Translations under genes and position numbers: made by a program | IMG/VR virus record: IMGVR_UViG_3300042367_000196 | Span: 1,998-65,997 of that record | Length of the DNA: 64,000 nucleotides | Strand: one strand, 5' to 3' | Source of the DNA: a virus | Lineage: Duplodnaviria > Caudoviricetes | The notes under the pieces: model-generated | Databases searched by the model: none | What the model was told of the DNA's origin: nothing | Seen by the model: the letters and a program-made list of their open reading frames with translations, nothing else | Part shown: in pieces, positions 35,790-47,431 of the stretch | How positions within the stretch are numbered: the first letter of the stretch is position 1 | Layout of the letters: every line of letters begins with the position of its first letter

Positions 35790-37271
35790 ATGGCAGCACC
35801 TGTACCAGGTTTCGCAACCACGCCTGCAACATTGGCGAATTTAGCACACTTGACTCCACGTCCAGTTAAAGGACTTTTTGGAGACAACTATTTGTCTTTA
35901 TCCGATATGGATTGGGCATCACAATTTTTACCTGAAGTATATGAGAAAGAAGTAGAGCGTTACGGTAATCGTACAATCTCTGGTTTCTTACGTATGGTAG
36001 GAGCAGAAATGCCTATGGCATCAGACCAAGTTGTTTGGTCAGAACAAGGAAGATTACACATTGCTTATGACACGGTTAGATCTAACTCTCCTTCTGGAAC
36101 AGGTGGACAAACTATCTCGATTCCTAACCCAGGAGCAGATAATAAAGCGCCTATTTTAGGAGCTGGTATGACTCTTGTTATTGCAAAAGGTAATGTAACT
36201 AACAAAGCTTACGTTAAAGATAACGGAACTGTAGCTGGTGGTCTTACTACTTATGCTATTTCTGTATACGATAATGCTAACACCAACTTAACAGCGTCTT
36301 TACAAGGAGCTACAAGTGCTGCGCCACTTAGCTGTTTCGTTTATGGTTCTGAGTACTTAAAAGGATCTGAAGCTGCTGGAAATTCAGTTGACGCTTCTTT
36401 CACACCATACTCAAACCAACCAATCATCTTAAGAGACAAGTATACTGTTAACGGTTCTGACGTAGCTCAAATCGGATGGGTAGAAGTTACTACTGAGATT
36501 GGAACTGGTGGTTACTTATGGTATTTAAAATCAGAGCACGAAGCTCGTATTCGTTTCGAAGATTACTTAGAAATGTCTATGGTTGAGGCTGAAAAAGCTG
36601 CAACTCCATTTGCTGCTAACGCTTCTCAAAACCCTGGTGGTGGTACTATCGCAGGAACTCAAGGATTATTCTCTGCATTAGAAGAAAGAGGTCTTGTTTA
36701 CAATGACCCTAACTTTGGAGCTGCAGGTGGTGTAGGTCTTGCTGAATTTGATACTATCCTTGCTGAGTTAGACAAACAAGGAGCAATTGAAGAAAATATG
36801 TTATTCTTAGATAGAGCAACTTCTCTTTCTATTGATAATATGTTAGCTGCTCAAAACTCTTACGGAGCTGGTGGTACATCTTACGGTGTATTTGACAACT
36901 CTGAAGATATGGCATTAAACTTAGGATTCTCAGGATTCCGTAGAGGTGCTTACGATTTCTACAAAACTGACTGGAAATATTTGAATGATTCTACAACTCG
37001 TGGACTTATCAATGATATTAAAGGAGTGTTAGTTCCTGCTGGAACTTCTACAGTTTATGACCAACAATTAGGACAAAACATTTCAAGACCTTTCTTACAT
37101 ATCCGTTACCGCGCTTCTGAAGCTGATGACAGACGTTTGAAATCTTGGGTTACTGGTTCTGTTGGAGGAAACTACACAAGTGATTCTGATAAAATGAATG
37201 TTCATTTCTTATCTGAAAGAACTATGTGTACTCAAGCTGCAAACAACTTCGTATTGTTCAAAGCAACCTAG
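35790..37271 (+). CDS. Major capsid protein
   Basis: Position after scaffold; strong high-expression codon bias (CGT, GCT, TTC, AAC); followed by a terminator. Confidence 0.8.
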   Translation: MAAPVPGFATTPATLANLAHLTPRPVKGLFGDNYLSLSDMDWASQFLPEVYEKEVERYGNRTISGFLRMVGAEMPMASDQVVWSEQGRLHIAYDTVRSNSPSGTGGQTISIPNPGADNKAPILGAGMTLVIAKGNVTNKAYVKDNGTVAGGLTTYAISVYDNANTNLTASLQGATSAAPLSCFVYGSEYLKGSEAAGNSVDASFTPYSNQPIILRDKYTVNGSDVAQIGWVEVTTEIGTGGYLWYLKSEHEARIRFEDYLEMSMVEAEKAATPFAANASQNPGGGTIAGTQGLFSALEERGLVYNDPNFGAAGGVGLAEFDTILAELDKQGAIEENMLFLDRATSLSIDNMLAAQNSYGAGGTSYGVFDNSEDMALNLGFSGFRRGAYDFYKTDWKYLNDSTTRGLINDIKGVLVPAGTSTVYDQQLGQNISRPFLHIRYRASEADDRRLKSWVTGSVGGNYTSDSDKMNVHFLSERTMCTQAANNFVLFKAT

Positions 37272-37291
37272 TATTACTTTTTAGTGTAGTA

Positions 37292-37334
37292 GTTACCCTC
37301 GTTGAATCTACGGGGGTAATTATTACCTTTTTTT
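37292..37334 (+). terminator. Intrinsic terminator after the capsid gene
   Basis: TTACCCTCGT-loop-ACGGGGGTAA stem followed by a T run. Confidence 0.7.
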
Positions 37335-37365
37335 ACCCTTATAAATTTTTTAATTATATTATATC

Positions 37366-38217
37366 ATGGCAACAGCAAAAAAGCCTACAGCAGAGACTGT
37401 AGAAGAAAATGTACAATATGACGTACAACCAACACCAGTTCACGAAACAAAAGAGCCTGTAAAGCAAGCTCCAAAAAAAGATGAATGGGTTGTAAAAGAT
37501 AGGTTATATGAATTAACAACTGGAAAAAAACCGTTGATCTTCACATTACCAACAAGACATAGCGAAGTAAAATCTTTATTATGGTTTGATCCTGAAAAAG
37601 GTTATCAAAGAGAATTAAGATACTGCACAAACCAAAGATCTTGCTTTGTTGACGAACAAGAAGGACAAGCAATCTTAGGTAGAATTGTTTTTAAGAATGG
37701 AGAACTAAGAGTTCCTAAAGAACAAGTAGTATTACAAAAACTATTATCATTATATCATCCAGCAACGCATAGCGGAATCATTAGAGAATACAAACCAGAA
37801 GCTATTGCAACAAACGAAGTTGATTGGATTGAATTTGAACTAGAAGCTTTAAATATGGCTAAATCAATGGATATTGACGAAGCTGAAGCAATCATGAGAG
37901 TAGAGTTAGGATCAAAAGTTTCTGAATTATCATCTAAAGAATTAAAAAGAGACTTACTAGTATTTGCTAGAAATTATCCAGAACAATTCATGCAATTAGC
38001 TCAAGATGAAAATACACATTTAAGAAATGTAGGTATTAAGGCTACAGAGATGGGAATTATCGCATTAACACCTGATCAACGTACATTTACTTATGGGGTA
38101 GGAGGAAGAAAACTTATGACGGTTCCTTTTGACGAACACCCTTATTCTGCATTGTCAGCTTTCTTTAAGACTGACGAAGGAATGGAAGTGTTTAAAGCAA
38201 TACAAAAAAGACTTTAA
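37366..38217 (+). CDS. Conserved hypothetical, probably structural protein
   Basis: ORF track; within the morphogenesis module. Confidence 0.7.
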   Translation: MATAKKPTAETVEENVQYDVQPTPVHETKEPVKQAPKKDEWVVKDRLYELTTGKKPLIFTLPTRHSEVKSLLWFDPEKGYQRELRYCTNQRSCFVDEQEGQAILGRIVFKNGELRVPKEQVVLQKLLSLYHPATHSGIIREYKPEAIATNEVDWIEFELEALNMAKSMDIDEAEAIMRVELGSKVSELSSKELKRDLLVFARNYPEQFMQLAQDENTHLRNVGIKATEMGIIALTPDQRTFTYGVGGRKLMTVPFDEHPYSALSAFFKTDEGMEVFKAIQKRL

Positions 38218-38238
38218 AGATTACCCATTATAGTAGTT

Positions 38239-38263
38239 AGGCTGCCTTATGGGTGGCCTTTTT
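38239..38263 (+). terminator. Intrinsic terminator
   Basis: AGGCTGCC-TTATG-GGTGGCCT followed by TTTT. Confidence 0.7.
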
Positions 38264-38293
38264 ACTATAAATAATAAACCAAAATAACACATT

Positions 38294-39046
38294 ATGGCCG
38301 TAAGCGTAGATACAGTTTATCAAAGAGTATTAGGTATACTCAACAAAGAGCAAAGAGGTTATGTTACCGCACAGGAATTTAACTTGTATGCAAATCAAGC
38401 TCAATTAGATATATTTGAGCAATACTTTTATGATATTAATCAATTTGGTAGATTGCATGGAAACGATACAGAGTTCTCTGACATGCTTAATATACTTAAT
38501 GAAAAAATAAATATATTCGAGGTAAGTGCTCCTATGAACTATAACTTAGCGACGGGTTATTGGGAAGCTCCTTCAAACCTTTACCGTATGGGTACAATAG
38601 TATATGCAAATGTAACTACACATTTATCTTTATACCCTGTTCCAAACACAACGGTAACAACTACAACTTTAGTAGAAGCAGAGAGAATCAACCATAATGA
38701 ATTCCTATATATAAATCAATCTCCATACACAAAACCATCAAACACAAGACCTGTATTTGTAGCTAGTGATAAAGGCTATAAAGTATATGGCAATACGGCT
38801 TTAACACAGGGTGTTTCGTGTAATTATATTAAGAAGCCAGCAAAGGTACAATGGGCCTATACGATAGTATTCCAAGAACCATTATACAACGCTGCTAACT
38901 CTGTGGATTTTGAGCTACATCCATCTGAGGAAACTGAATTAGTTATAAGAATACTTGAATTATCTGGATTATTAATTAAAGATTATCAAATGTATCAAGT
39001 AGCTAACTCTGAAGAGCAACAAACTATTCAACAAGAAAAATCTTAA
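38294..39046 (+). CDS. Putative head-tail adaptor/ring protein
   Basis: Position; LNKEQRGY...EFN...YIKKP...FELHPSEE pattern of podoviral neck proteins. Confidence 0.6.
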   Translation: MAVSVDTVYQRVLGILNKEQRGYVTAQEFNLYANQAQLDIFEQYFYDINQFGRLHGNDTEFSDMLNILNEKINIFEVSAPMNYNLATGYWEAPSNLYRMGTIVYANVTTHLSLYPVPNTTVTTTTLVEAERINHNEFLYINQSPYTKPSNTRPVFVASDKGYKVYGNTALTQGVSCNYIKKPAKVQWAYTIVFQEPLYNAANSVDFELHPSEETELVIRILELSGLLIKDYQMYQVANSEEQQTIQQEKS

Positions 39047-39049
39047 TAA

Positions 39050-39976
39050 ATGGGATTATTAGATCAAACACCAGAAGAGTACTACTTAGGTCCCGACGGG
39101 ATATGGAATAGTAACGACGAAGAATATGGAAATTATCAGTTTGTACCAATAAACGACATCATAACAAATTTTATGGTGATGTTCGTTGGTGAGGATAAAA
39201 TAATTTCAAAAATAAAAAGAACTGATGTACAGTTTCACGCAATGCGGGCAATACAAGAATTTAGTTTTGATCTTTTGCCACAAGATAAAGCAATTGAAAT
39301 AGAAGTTCCACCAGGACTATATATGATATTGCCACAAGACTATGTTAACTATACTAAAGTATCGTGGACTGATCAATACGGAATTGAAAGACCAATATAT
39401 AGAACTGATATAACAAGCAATCCCGCGGCTTATATACAGGATTCACAATTTGAATATACATTTGATTCAAATGGAAATGTCCCACAAGCAAACGAATCTG
39501 AAACACTGAAGAGATGGGATAAGTCCGCTTACTCCGCAAACACTCCATTACCTGTAAATGGTTCATGGACCTGGAACAACAATCCAGACTTAATTGGTAT
39601 GTATGCTTATGGGCGTAGATATGGAATTCAACCGGAAATGGCGCAAGCTAACGGTACTTTTTACATTGATAAACTAAATGGTGTTATTAGATTTAGCTCA
39701 GACTTAAGAGAGAAGATTGTTACACTAAGATATATAAGTGATGGTTTAGCAGTAGATTCAGATATGACTGTACACAAATTTGCAATAGACGCAATATATA
39801 AGTACATCATATATGCAATATTATCCGTAAGAGCCAACACTCCAGAATATATGATAGCTAGATACAAAAAAGAATTATCAGCGGCTAAAAGAAATGCGAA
39901 GATTAGATTATCAAATATTAAGAGCGCATTAATATCACAAATCATGAAAAATCAATCCAAGTGGATTAAACATTAA
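39050..39976 (+). CDS. Putative tail ring/structural protein
   Basis: Position; LPQDYVNY and LRYISDGL motifs. Confidence 0.6.
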   Translation: MGLLDQTPEEYYLGPDGIWNSNDEEYGNYQFVPINDIITNFMVMFVGEDKIISKIKRTDVQFHAMRAIQEFSFDLLPQDKAIEIEVPPGLYMILPQDYVNYTKVSWTDQYGIERPIYRTDITSNPAAYIQDSQFEYTFDSNGNVPQANESETLKRWDKSAYSANTPLPVNGSWTWNNNPDLIGMYAYGRRYGIQPEMAQANGTFYIDKLNGVIRFSSDLREKIVTLRYISDGLAVDSDMTVHKFAIDAIYKYIIYAILSVRANTPEYMIARYKKELSAAKRNAKIRLSNIKSALISQIMKNQSKWIKH

Positions 39977-39981
39977 TATAT

Positions 39982-42900
39982 ATGGCAGAGTTTATACATA
40001 CCTTTACATCAGGTAAAATGAACAAAGATTTAGATGTTCGTCTAGTTCCTAATGGTGAATATAGAGATGCACTAAATCTTAATCTAGCTAACTCCGACGC
40101 TAGCGATGTAGGAACTTTACAAAACGTTCCTGGATCATTGCAGCTAAGAGGAAAAGTTGGTACAGGAAATACTTGGGCGGGTTCTTATATAGATGCAATG
40201 ACTAATCCTGTTTGTATTGGATCATATAGAGACAGTATAAACGAAAGAATATATTGGTTTATAGCTTCAGATCCAAATCCATCAACAGGCGTTAGAATAA
40301 GTGCTATTGCTGAGTACGATCAAACTACAAATGTAATAAGCCCTATATTAGTTGACACACACGACATATTAAACTTTACCCCTAATTATTTAATTACGGG
40401 TATTAATATTATAGATAGATTTTTGTTTTGGACAGACGATCAAACTGAGCCAAAAAAAATTAATATACAAAAATTTAAAACAGGTTCTGTAGACTTTGTA
40501 ACACATACAAAGGTACCATTATACATACCTGCTTCTGGTACAATGCCAGAAACCTATTCAACTAACTTAACAGGTCAACCAGATTTCATTGAGGCAGATG
40601 TTACGGTTATAAAGAAATCACCGTTAGCGGCGCCAACTTTAGATTTTTCTGCAAGTAAATACGGAGACAATGTTCCTGGTACTGGTATAACTCCTGTATC
40701 TACAACTTTGCCAACCCTAGCTACTATAAATTTTACTTATGTGCCTGATACTATAAACTCACCTACAGAATCGATTCCGCTAGACACTTACGGAGAGTAT
40801 CTTGTAAACGTAACAACTCCTGGGTTTTATGCAAATAGTAGTTTAAATAATCCATTATTACCTAATTATACCAATCCAACAACTATCTGGGACGGTCATA
40901 TCACATTTAATGTAAATACGGTGCCTCAATGGGGTGCAGGTGATCTTATAATTTTAAAAGCTGATTTTACAAATGAGTTTTTTGAAAGATATGATTATCA
41001 AATAAGTATAAAAGTTACCTCTGTTGTTAACACAACAATAACCGGGCAAATACAAGCCATTTCTAATGATATTAGTAGATTTATAAATTCTGCAAATCAA
41101 GTTCAAGTTTTTACTTGGGAATGCTTATTAGTAGAGGAAGCACCTATGTTTGAGTATGTATTTCCTAGATTTGCTTACAGATGGAAATATATAGACAATG
41201 AATACTCTTGTTATTCTCCATTTTCAGATGTTGCATTTGAGGGTGGGCAGTTTGAATATATCGCTTCAGATGGTTATAACATAGGTATGACAAACAGAAT
41301 TAGACGTTTGATTATAAATAATTTAAACTGGGGTAGTCAGGAAGTACAGGAAATAGACATTCTATATAAAGAAACTACATCCCCAGTTGTATACATTGTA
41401 GACACTCTAAAGAGATCAGATTTTGTGACGCCTCCTAATAGTTTTCAAGTTGAGACTGAATTAATTGGAGCTGTTGTTGAGTCAAACCAATTGCTAAGAC
41501 CTTGGGACAATGTTCCTCGTAAAGCAAAAGCACAAGAAATTGTAGGTAATAGAATAGTATATGGCAATTATTTACAAAACTATAATACACCAACAGTTGA
41601 TTTAACCTTAACATTAACGCCAAATAATCATCCAGCCGTAGCGGACCCATCAAAAATTAAACTACCGGTTCCGTCGGTTAAATCGATAAGAACTTATCAA
41701 GCGGGAGTTGTATTTATAGACGAATATGGCAGAGAAACACCTGTTTTTACAAGTAAATTTGGTAGTACAAAAGTTGATATAGCTAATTCAGATAAAGCAA
41801 ATAAGCTAACAATATCAACAACAGGAGCTCCTCCAGGTTGGGCAACTCATTATAAGTTTTTTATAAAAGAAAATTCAAACGAATATTATAATCTAGCGTT
41901 AGATAAATTTTATGATGCCGAGGACGGCAACGTATGGTTATCATTCCCTTCGTCGGAAAGAAATAAAGTAGATGAAGAAACGTATTTAATATTAAAAAAA
42001 CAGCACGATACAAATGTAGCTGTCACTACATTTAATCGTTATAAGATATTATCTATTGAAAACGAAGTTCCTGAATTTATATCTACATTTGATAAAGTCG
42101 TTTCAAGCTCTGTTGTTACGCTTGATCAGCCAATAGAAATAGGATATATAACAATAACTTTTACTGGACCAGACCCTACTTCTAATCCATTCTTTGGGCC
42201 TAAACTTAATGGTAACAAAATTGTATTAAGTGTTGGTGGATCTAGAACAGACGAATATCCTGTTGCTGTTGCTAAAGTATTAAGTACTTCTGGTGGCAAT
42301 GCCGCTTATGAGGTAACTTTAACTAGATTCCTTGGCTCTGATGTTGGATTTTTACAATCCGTACCTGTTGGTGCGTCTATTGATGTAACAATATATGAAG
42401 AAGATACTGTAAACAAACCTGAATTTGAAGGTAGATTTTTTGTAAAAATAAATAGGGATTTTGCTTTTGATACGAATATAATATCGTCATTTGCGGCAAT
42501 GGCTCCAAGATATGGTATAACTACGGAAATAAGAGTAAACCCAGCTAGGTGGCCTTGGAATGGTGCTGACCCCGTTTTTGTATTTAGTGATAATGGTTCA
42601 GACTTTAGGGACTCTGGTTGTAGCAGTCAAAAATTTAGTAGTCGATTAATAGGCTGGTCTGGTGGCGTTGGAAATCGTGTATTACAATCTGACGGTACAG
42701 TAGCAGCTAAATTTCCTGCATGGCAACCACCAACTAGAGGCAGTAATAAATTTGGTGTAATGGCACTTAGAGTGGAAGGTTTTGGTAGTTATATAAATCC
42801 ATTTTTTGGCAACATAAGATCTAACGGAAATAGACCGTCTGGATCGGGGGCTTCTCCTAATGGTAAATTATCGCAAGGTGCTCTTATTCGCTTCCAATGT

Positions 42901-45030
42901 AATCAAGCTACCGGGCCTTATGCGGGAGTTAAATCACAAGTATACACCGTTACTTATGCTTTGGCTAGTGCCAGCGCAAGAGGGGAAAGAAGAAAAGTAG
43001 GTTTTGGAGGATGTTTTGATGGTAATGATATTCGTAATTATAGATATGCAATATACGTTGAATTAAATAAACCTATATCAGAGGAATGGATGCCTTTGGT
43101 TAATGATTGGACAACTTTAGAAAATAGACAAATATCTATTGAAGTAGTGGAGCAAGTTACGGATGGTGAAAATAAACTTTTAACTTCAACAAATCCTGCT
43201 GTTTTTGAAACTGAGCCAAAAGAAAAAGTAGATTTAGATCTTTACTATGAAGCATCGGACTCTATTCCTATAACTAATTACAATGTACCTAATCAGACAT
43301 TAACTTGGTTTAACTGTTATTCATACGGGCAAGGCGTTGAATCAAATCGCATTAGAGATGACTTTAATGCTCCGACTATAGACAAGGGTTCAAAAGTTTC
43401 TACTGTTCTTGATGAGCCTTATGCGGCAGAAAGAAGAGGTAGTGGATTTATATTTTCACAAATATATAATTCAACTTCAGGTATAAATAGATTAAATCAG
43501 TTTATACAAGCTGAACCAATTACAAAAGACCTTAACCCAATATATGGTACAATACAAAAACTTCACTCTAGAAATACAGACTTACTAACTTTGTGTGAAG
43601 ATAAATGTTTGAGAGTATTAGCAAATAAAGATGCTTTATTCAATGCTGATGGTAATACAAATGTAACATCTAATCAAGCTGTTTTAGGGCAAGCAGTACC
43701 ATACGATGGAGAATTTGGGATTTCTAAAAACCCAGAATCATTTGCGTCTTATGGATATAGAGTATATTTTACTGACAAAAACAGGGGAGCGGTTATAAGA
43801 TTATCAATGGACGGAATAACAAATATTGCAGACACTGGTATGGCTTCATTTTTTGCGGATAACCTAAGAACATCGACAGTTGCAATAGGTAGTTACGACG
43901 ATGATGAAGACCTATATAACTTAACATTAAATCGATTAGATTCTAATTGGCAAAAAATACTTAGCAATGATGCTAACTATCAATTAGATCCTGATTGCGA
44001 AAATGGACCAGCATCAGTTGTAACAGAAACAACAATATCTTTTAAAGAATCTGCTGAAGGCTGGACAAGCCGTAAAGACTTTATACAAGAGTCAGGCATT
44101 ACTTTAAATAATATATATTATACCTTTAAAAGAGGTTTAGTTTGGGAGCACGGCGCTAACCCGTTGTATAATAATTTTTACGGTATACAATATGACAGCT
44201 CCTTCAATGTATTAATTAATGAAGAACCTCAAGTTGTAAAAGGCTTTAGCACATTAAATTATACCGGAAGTAAATCTAGATATTTCCAATATCAAGTAGG
44301 CCCTAAATGGTATTCAATAGATGAGATAAATGCTAATCAAACTATACCTACTGCTATTACTCAAAAAACAGCTGGTTGGTATACAAGTTTTATTAGAACA
44401 GATCTTGAAGCGGGAGAAGTTAAAGAATTCCAAAAGAAAGAAGGTAAGTACTTTAACTACATAAAAGGAACCTTAATAGGTTGTGATCCTAAAGGTATTG
44501 GTGTTGGTAGTCCAATAGAAATCATTGCTGAACCACAAGATTACATTTTATTGGTTTCAATAGATCCAAAATGTAGTATGACTAATGACCCAAATACTGC
44601 TCAAGGAGGATTAACATTGTATTCTGGATGGTATGATTGTAATGCTCAATATAATAATCAGTTTTACTATAATAATGAAACAACACCATTCCCAACAGCG
44701 GATGATGCTGCTTGTGGTGCAGGAACATTTTTTGCAAATATGGAGGGTAACTATTTACTTGGAGGATGTGCGTTTGTTCAGCAGTTTAATTATTTTACAA
44801 ATGTTGGAATAGTGGTTGGGGCGCAGCTTTACGATCCGTTTACATTAAATCCAATAAATAATAGCGGATATTTCTTATATACTGGAAATCTTAATTACGG
44901 CCCTGATATACCAGCATACCTTGATCCTACTAATACCGAATATCAAATACCAGATGATTGGTCTATGATTATAATTACAAACGGTATAATAACTCAAATA
45001 ATACAGTATAATACATTATCGTGTCCTTAA
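39982..45030 (+). CDS. Large tail (nozzle/stabilisation-type) protein
   Basis: MNKDLDVRLVPNGEYRDALN N-terminus and FGISKNPESFA...YFTDKNRGAVIRLS beta-propeller-like C-terminal region; 1682 aa. Confidence 0.7.
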   Translation: MAEFIHTFTSGKMNKDLDVRLVPNGEYRDALNLNLANSDASDVGTLQNVPGSLQLRGKVGTGNTWAGSYIDAMTNPVCIGSYRDSINERIYWFIASDPNPSTGVRISAIAEYDQTTNVISPILVDTHDILNFTPNYLITGINIIDRFLFWTDDQTEPKKINIQKFKTGSVDFVTHTKVPLYIPASGTMPETYSTNLTGQPDFIEADVTVIKKSPLAAPTLDFSASKYGDNVPGTGITPVSTTLPTLATINFTYVPDTINSPTESIPLDTYGEYLVNVTTPGFYANSSLNNPLLPNYTNPTTIWDGHITFNVNTVPQWGAGDLIILKADFTNEFFERYDYQISIKVTSVVNTTITGQIQAISNDISRFINSANQVQVFTWECLLVEEAPMFEYVFPRFAYRWKYIDNEYSCYSPFSDVAFEGGQFEYIASDGYNIGMTNRIRRLIINNLNWGSQEVQEIDILYKETTSPVVYIVDTLKRSDFVTPPNSFQVETELIGAVVESNQLLRPWDNVPRKAKAQEIVGNRIVYGNYLQNYNTPTVDLTLTLTPNNHPAVADPSKIKLPVPSVKSIRTYQAGVVFIDEYGRETPVFTSKFGSTKVDIANSDKANKLTISTTGAPPGWATHYKFFIKENSNEYYNLALDKFYDAEDGNVWLSFPSSERNKVDEETYLILKKQHDTNVAVTTFNRYKILSIENEVPEFISTFDKVVSSSVVTLDQPIEIGYITITFTGPDPTSNPFFGPKLNGNKIVLSVGGSRTDEYPVAVAKVLSTSGGNAAYEVTLTRFLGSDVGFLQSVPVGASIDVTIYEEDTVNKPEFEGRFFVKINRDFAFDTNIISSFAAMAPRYGITTEIRVNPARWPWNGADPVFVFSDNGSDFRDSGCSSQKFSSRLIGWSGGVGNRVLQSDGTVAAKFPAWQPPTRGSNKFGVMALRVEGFGSYINPFFGNIRSNGNRPSGSGASPNGKLSQGALIRFQCNQATGPYAGVKSQVYTVTYALASASARGERRKVGFGGCFDGNDIRNYRYAIYVELNKPISEEWMPLVNDWTTLENRQISIEVVEQVTDGENKLLTSTNPAVFETEPKEKVDLDLYYEASDSIPITNYNVPNQTLTWFNCYSYGQGVESNRIRDDFNAPTIDKGSKVSTVLDEPYAAERRGSGFIFSQIYNSTSGINRLNQFIQAEPITKDLNPIYGTIQKLHSRNTDLLTLCEDKCLRVLANKDALFNADGNTNVTSNQAVLGQAVPYDGEFGISKNPESFASYGYRVYFTDKNRGAVIRLSMDGITNIADTGMASFFADNLRTSTVAIGSYDDDEDLYNLTLNRLDSNWQKILSNDANYQLDPDCENGPASVVTETTISFKESAEGWTSRKDFIQESGITLNNIYYTFKRGLVWEHGANPLYNNFYGIQYDSSFNVLINEEPQVVKGFSTLNYTGSKSRYFQYQVGPKWYSIDEINANQTIPTAITQKTAGWYTSFIRTDLEAGEVKEFQKKEGKYFNYIKGTLIGCDPKGIGVGSPIEIIAEPQDYILLVSIDPKCSMTNDPNTAQGGLTLYSGWYDCNAQYNNQFYYNNETTPFPTADDAACGAGTFFANMEGNYLLGGCAFVQQFNYFTNVGIVVGAQLYDPFTLNPINNSGYFLYTGNLNYGPDIPAYLDPTNTEYQIPDDWSMIIITNGIITQIIQYNTLSCP

Positions 45031-45056
45031 ACAAACAATTATTAAAATAATATAAT

Positions 45057-47087
45057 ATGCCATCAATAAACAATTATAGCTTCTCAAACGTGACATATAT
45101 AGTGCCAGAGGGTTCAAACGTCTCTAGCTTATATCCTACTGCGGTTATAACTCTTACTCCAGAACCTGGATATACGTTAAACGCTAATGATTTTTCACTT
45201 GATACTAGCTCATACTTTCCAGAGTTACAATCTGTTTCTTTTGCACAGTCAGGCCTTAATGTTATATGTACTGCTGTGTTTGCAACAAATTTTGTTATGC
45301 CTTCTACCAATGTTCCTATCCCATTATGTGTTATAGGTGGTGGTAAAGTAGAAAAAAGAGAAGTTAGTGGTAGAGTATATAATATTATAGGAGCCAACGT
45401 TGAGGGAGATATTGATCCTGTTGAGAACCATTTTTACACATATTACTCAGAAACTGGTGCTCTTGATGAAACTAAAATAGTGTTTACAAAAACATTTACT
45501 GCTCCAACCGGCTATTATTTATCAGCAGAAATATTTATGACGCAAGGTAATGCAGGAAATTATACAATAGAGAGATTGCCTACTTATGACATAGATGGAA
45601 ACTTAATAGCTATAACATGGAATGCGCATTATTTATTCCCTAACTACGATGTTGCTGGCGATGAATGGACCTTAAAAGTGGCAGGCTCCGAAATATATGT
45701 TGCTCCACAGTTTGTTACATCGTATACAATAGATACTATTAATGTTAACCCTGTTGGAGAAGTGCGGGATATGTTTATATATGGGGATGAAGGTGCTGTA
45801 TTTAGTATTGTTATGACGGATTCTTCTAGTAATGTTTATAATATAGTAACAAACGGAATAATTAATAGCACAGGTATTTATACCGCTACAATTACATTCC
45901 CAGATATTACATTAGGTACGATTAATGAGGTATACGAGATTGTATTATCAGGGGACATAGACCCAAACATGGCTTTACCTACAACAATAGAGCTTATTCA
46001 AAATTTAGAGCAACCTATAATAAGCTTAACAGCTTCATCATCTTATGGTATAACAGGTTTCACAACTGTAAGCGCACAAGGAAATGCTTTTGAAGCACCT
46101 TCAAACTTATTTATAAACGCAAACTGGACGTTAACATCAGCAAATGAAGACATAAGTTATTCAGGATTTACAGATATAACAGACTTTAAATTTACACAAC
46201 CAACAGCAGCTGATACTGAGGTTGCTACTTCTGTTGTAAACTCAAATACAGTAACATTAATTAATGCAACAGGCGTACAAATAGGAGATAGGTTTAATGT
46301 TACAGGACAACCATTAGCTCCATTTTCACACGAGGTTACCAATATTTCCGGTAATACTCTTACAGTTTCTCCTCCAGTTACAGTGGCGGCGGGTATAGAT
46401 ATATTTACATATAGAACTAACGGTAACGTAATAAACAATCCTGTTGTTGTAGCTACTCAAATAGATCCTACGACAATTAATTTAGATGTTACTGTTCAAG
46501 TTCAAAATTTTGGTGACGAAGATGTTACGTTTACATTAAATCTTGATGAAATTATAGAAGTAGACATTGTTCCTATAACATGCGGTTCTACCGTTAATAG
46601 TGGTGGAGATGGTATTACTGATTTGGTTATACCTCTTGAACCAACTGGCGGCTTGCTTACATTCTTATTAAATGGACAAGGTATTGCTGATAAGTTTGAA
46701 ATAATTCACGGTGGTCCAAGTGGCACAAAAGTCGCTACATCTAGCATGACTCCTGGTGGAAATAACGGTCCTTTTGATAATGTATATGGTACGGAACCTA
46801 GCAATGTTGTACCTACTGAACCACAAGTCGCATCAATTCCTCAATTTATTGGTACAAACAAAGGTCCAATACCTAGTGGCCAAATTGAATTTACAGATAA
46901 TATAGGCTATACAATAAATAATATGACAATTGGCGGTATAGATTATCAACAAATTATATGGTGGGCTTATGACGCTGCCGACTACGCTACCAGCCCGATA
47001 GCTATTCTAAGAATAACTGGTACAGTGGGCACAGGATGGGATGTGTTAAGAATTTGTTGTCCAGATAGTAATTGCATACCAGCGTAA
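45057..47087 (+). CDS. Putative virion structural protein with beta-sandwich repeats
   Basis: Thr/Val/Ile-rich; within the tail module. Confidence 0.6.
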   Translation: MPSINNYSFSNVTYIVPEGSNVSSLYPTAVITLTPEPGYTLNANDFSLDTSSYFPELQSVSFAQSGLNVICTAVFATNFVMPSTNVPIPLCVIGGGKVEKREVSGRVYNIIGANVEGDIDPVENHFYTYYSETGALDETKIVFTKTFTAPTGYYLSAEIFMTQGNAGNYTIERLPTYDIDGNLIAITWNAHYLFPNYDVAGDEWTLKVAGSEIYVAPQFVTSYTIDTINVNPVGEVRDMFIYGDEGAVFSIVMTDSSSNVYNIVTNGIINSTGIYTATITFPDITLGTINEVYEIVLSGDIDPNMALPTTIELIQNLEQPIISLTASSSYGITGFTTVSAQGNAFEAPSNLFINANWTLTSANEDISYSGFTDITDFKFTQPTAADTEVATSVVNSNTVTLINATGVQIGDRFNVTGQPLAPFSHEVTNISGNTLTVSPPVTVAAGIDIFTYRTNGNVINNPVVVATQIDPTTINLDVTVQVQNFGDEDVTFTLNLDEIIEVDIVPITCGSTVNSGGDGITDLVIPLEPTGGLLTFLLNGQGIADKFEIIHGGPSGTKVATSSMTPGGNNGPFDNVYGTEPSNVVPTEPQVASIPQFIGTNKGPIPSGQIEFTDNIGYTINNMTIGGIDYQQIIWWAYDAADYATSPIAILRITGTVGTGWDVLRICCPDSNCIPA

Positions 47088-47101
47088 AACAAAAAAATAA
47101 T

Positions 47102-47431
47102 ATGGCACTTATAACATTAACATTTGCAAATCCTTTACCAGAGGGAATACAAGTTGGAGATATTGCTTGGTACTTAGATGTTTCAACCAATATAAATATA
47201 CAAATGGGTCCAATAGTTTCAATAACTAATAACCCAACAGTAGTTGTGATTAATGCAGGGCCGGGAGTTGTACCTCCTAGTCCGGCTGATTTCATGTTTT
47301 ATGTAAAGAATCCTATAGGATATTTAGGACAATTAAAAGGATATTATGCTGAAGCTCAATTTAGAAACAATTCACCAGAAGACTCTGAATTATTTTCTGT
47401 TGGAGCTGAAGTCTTTGAAAGTAGCAAATAA
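47102..47431 (+). CDS. Hypothetical structural protein
   Basis: ATG at 47102; LKGYYAEAQFRN...ELFSVG. Confidence 0.65.
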   Translation: MALITLTFANPLPEGIQVGDIAWYLDVSTNINIQMGPIVSITNNPTVVVINAGPGVVPPSPADFMFYVKNPIGYLGQLKGYYAEAQFRNNSPEDSELFSVGAEVFESSK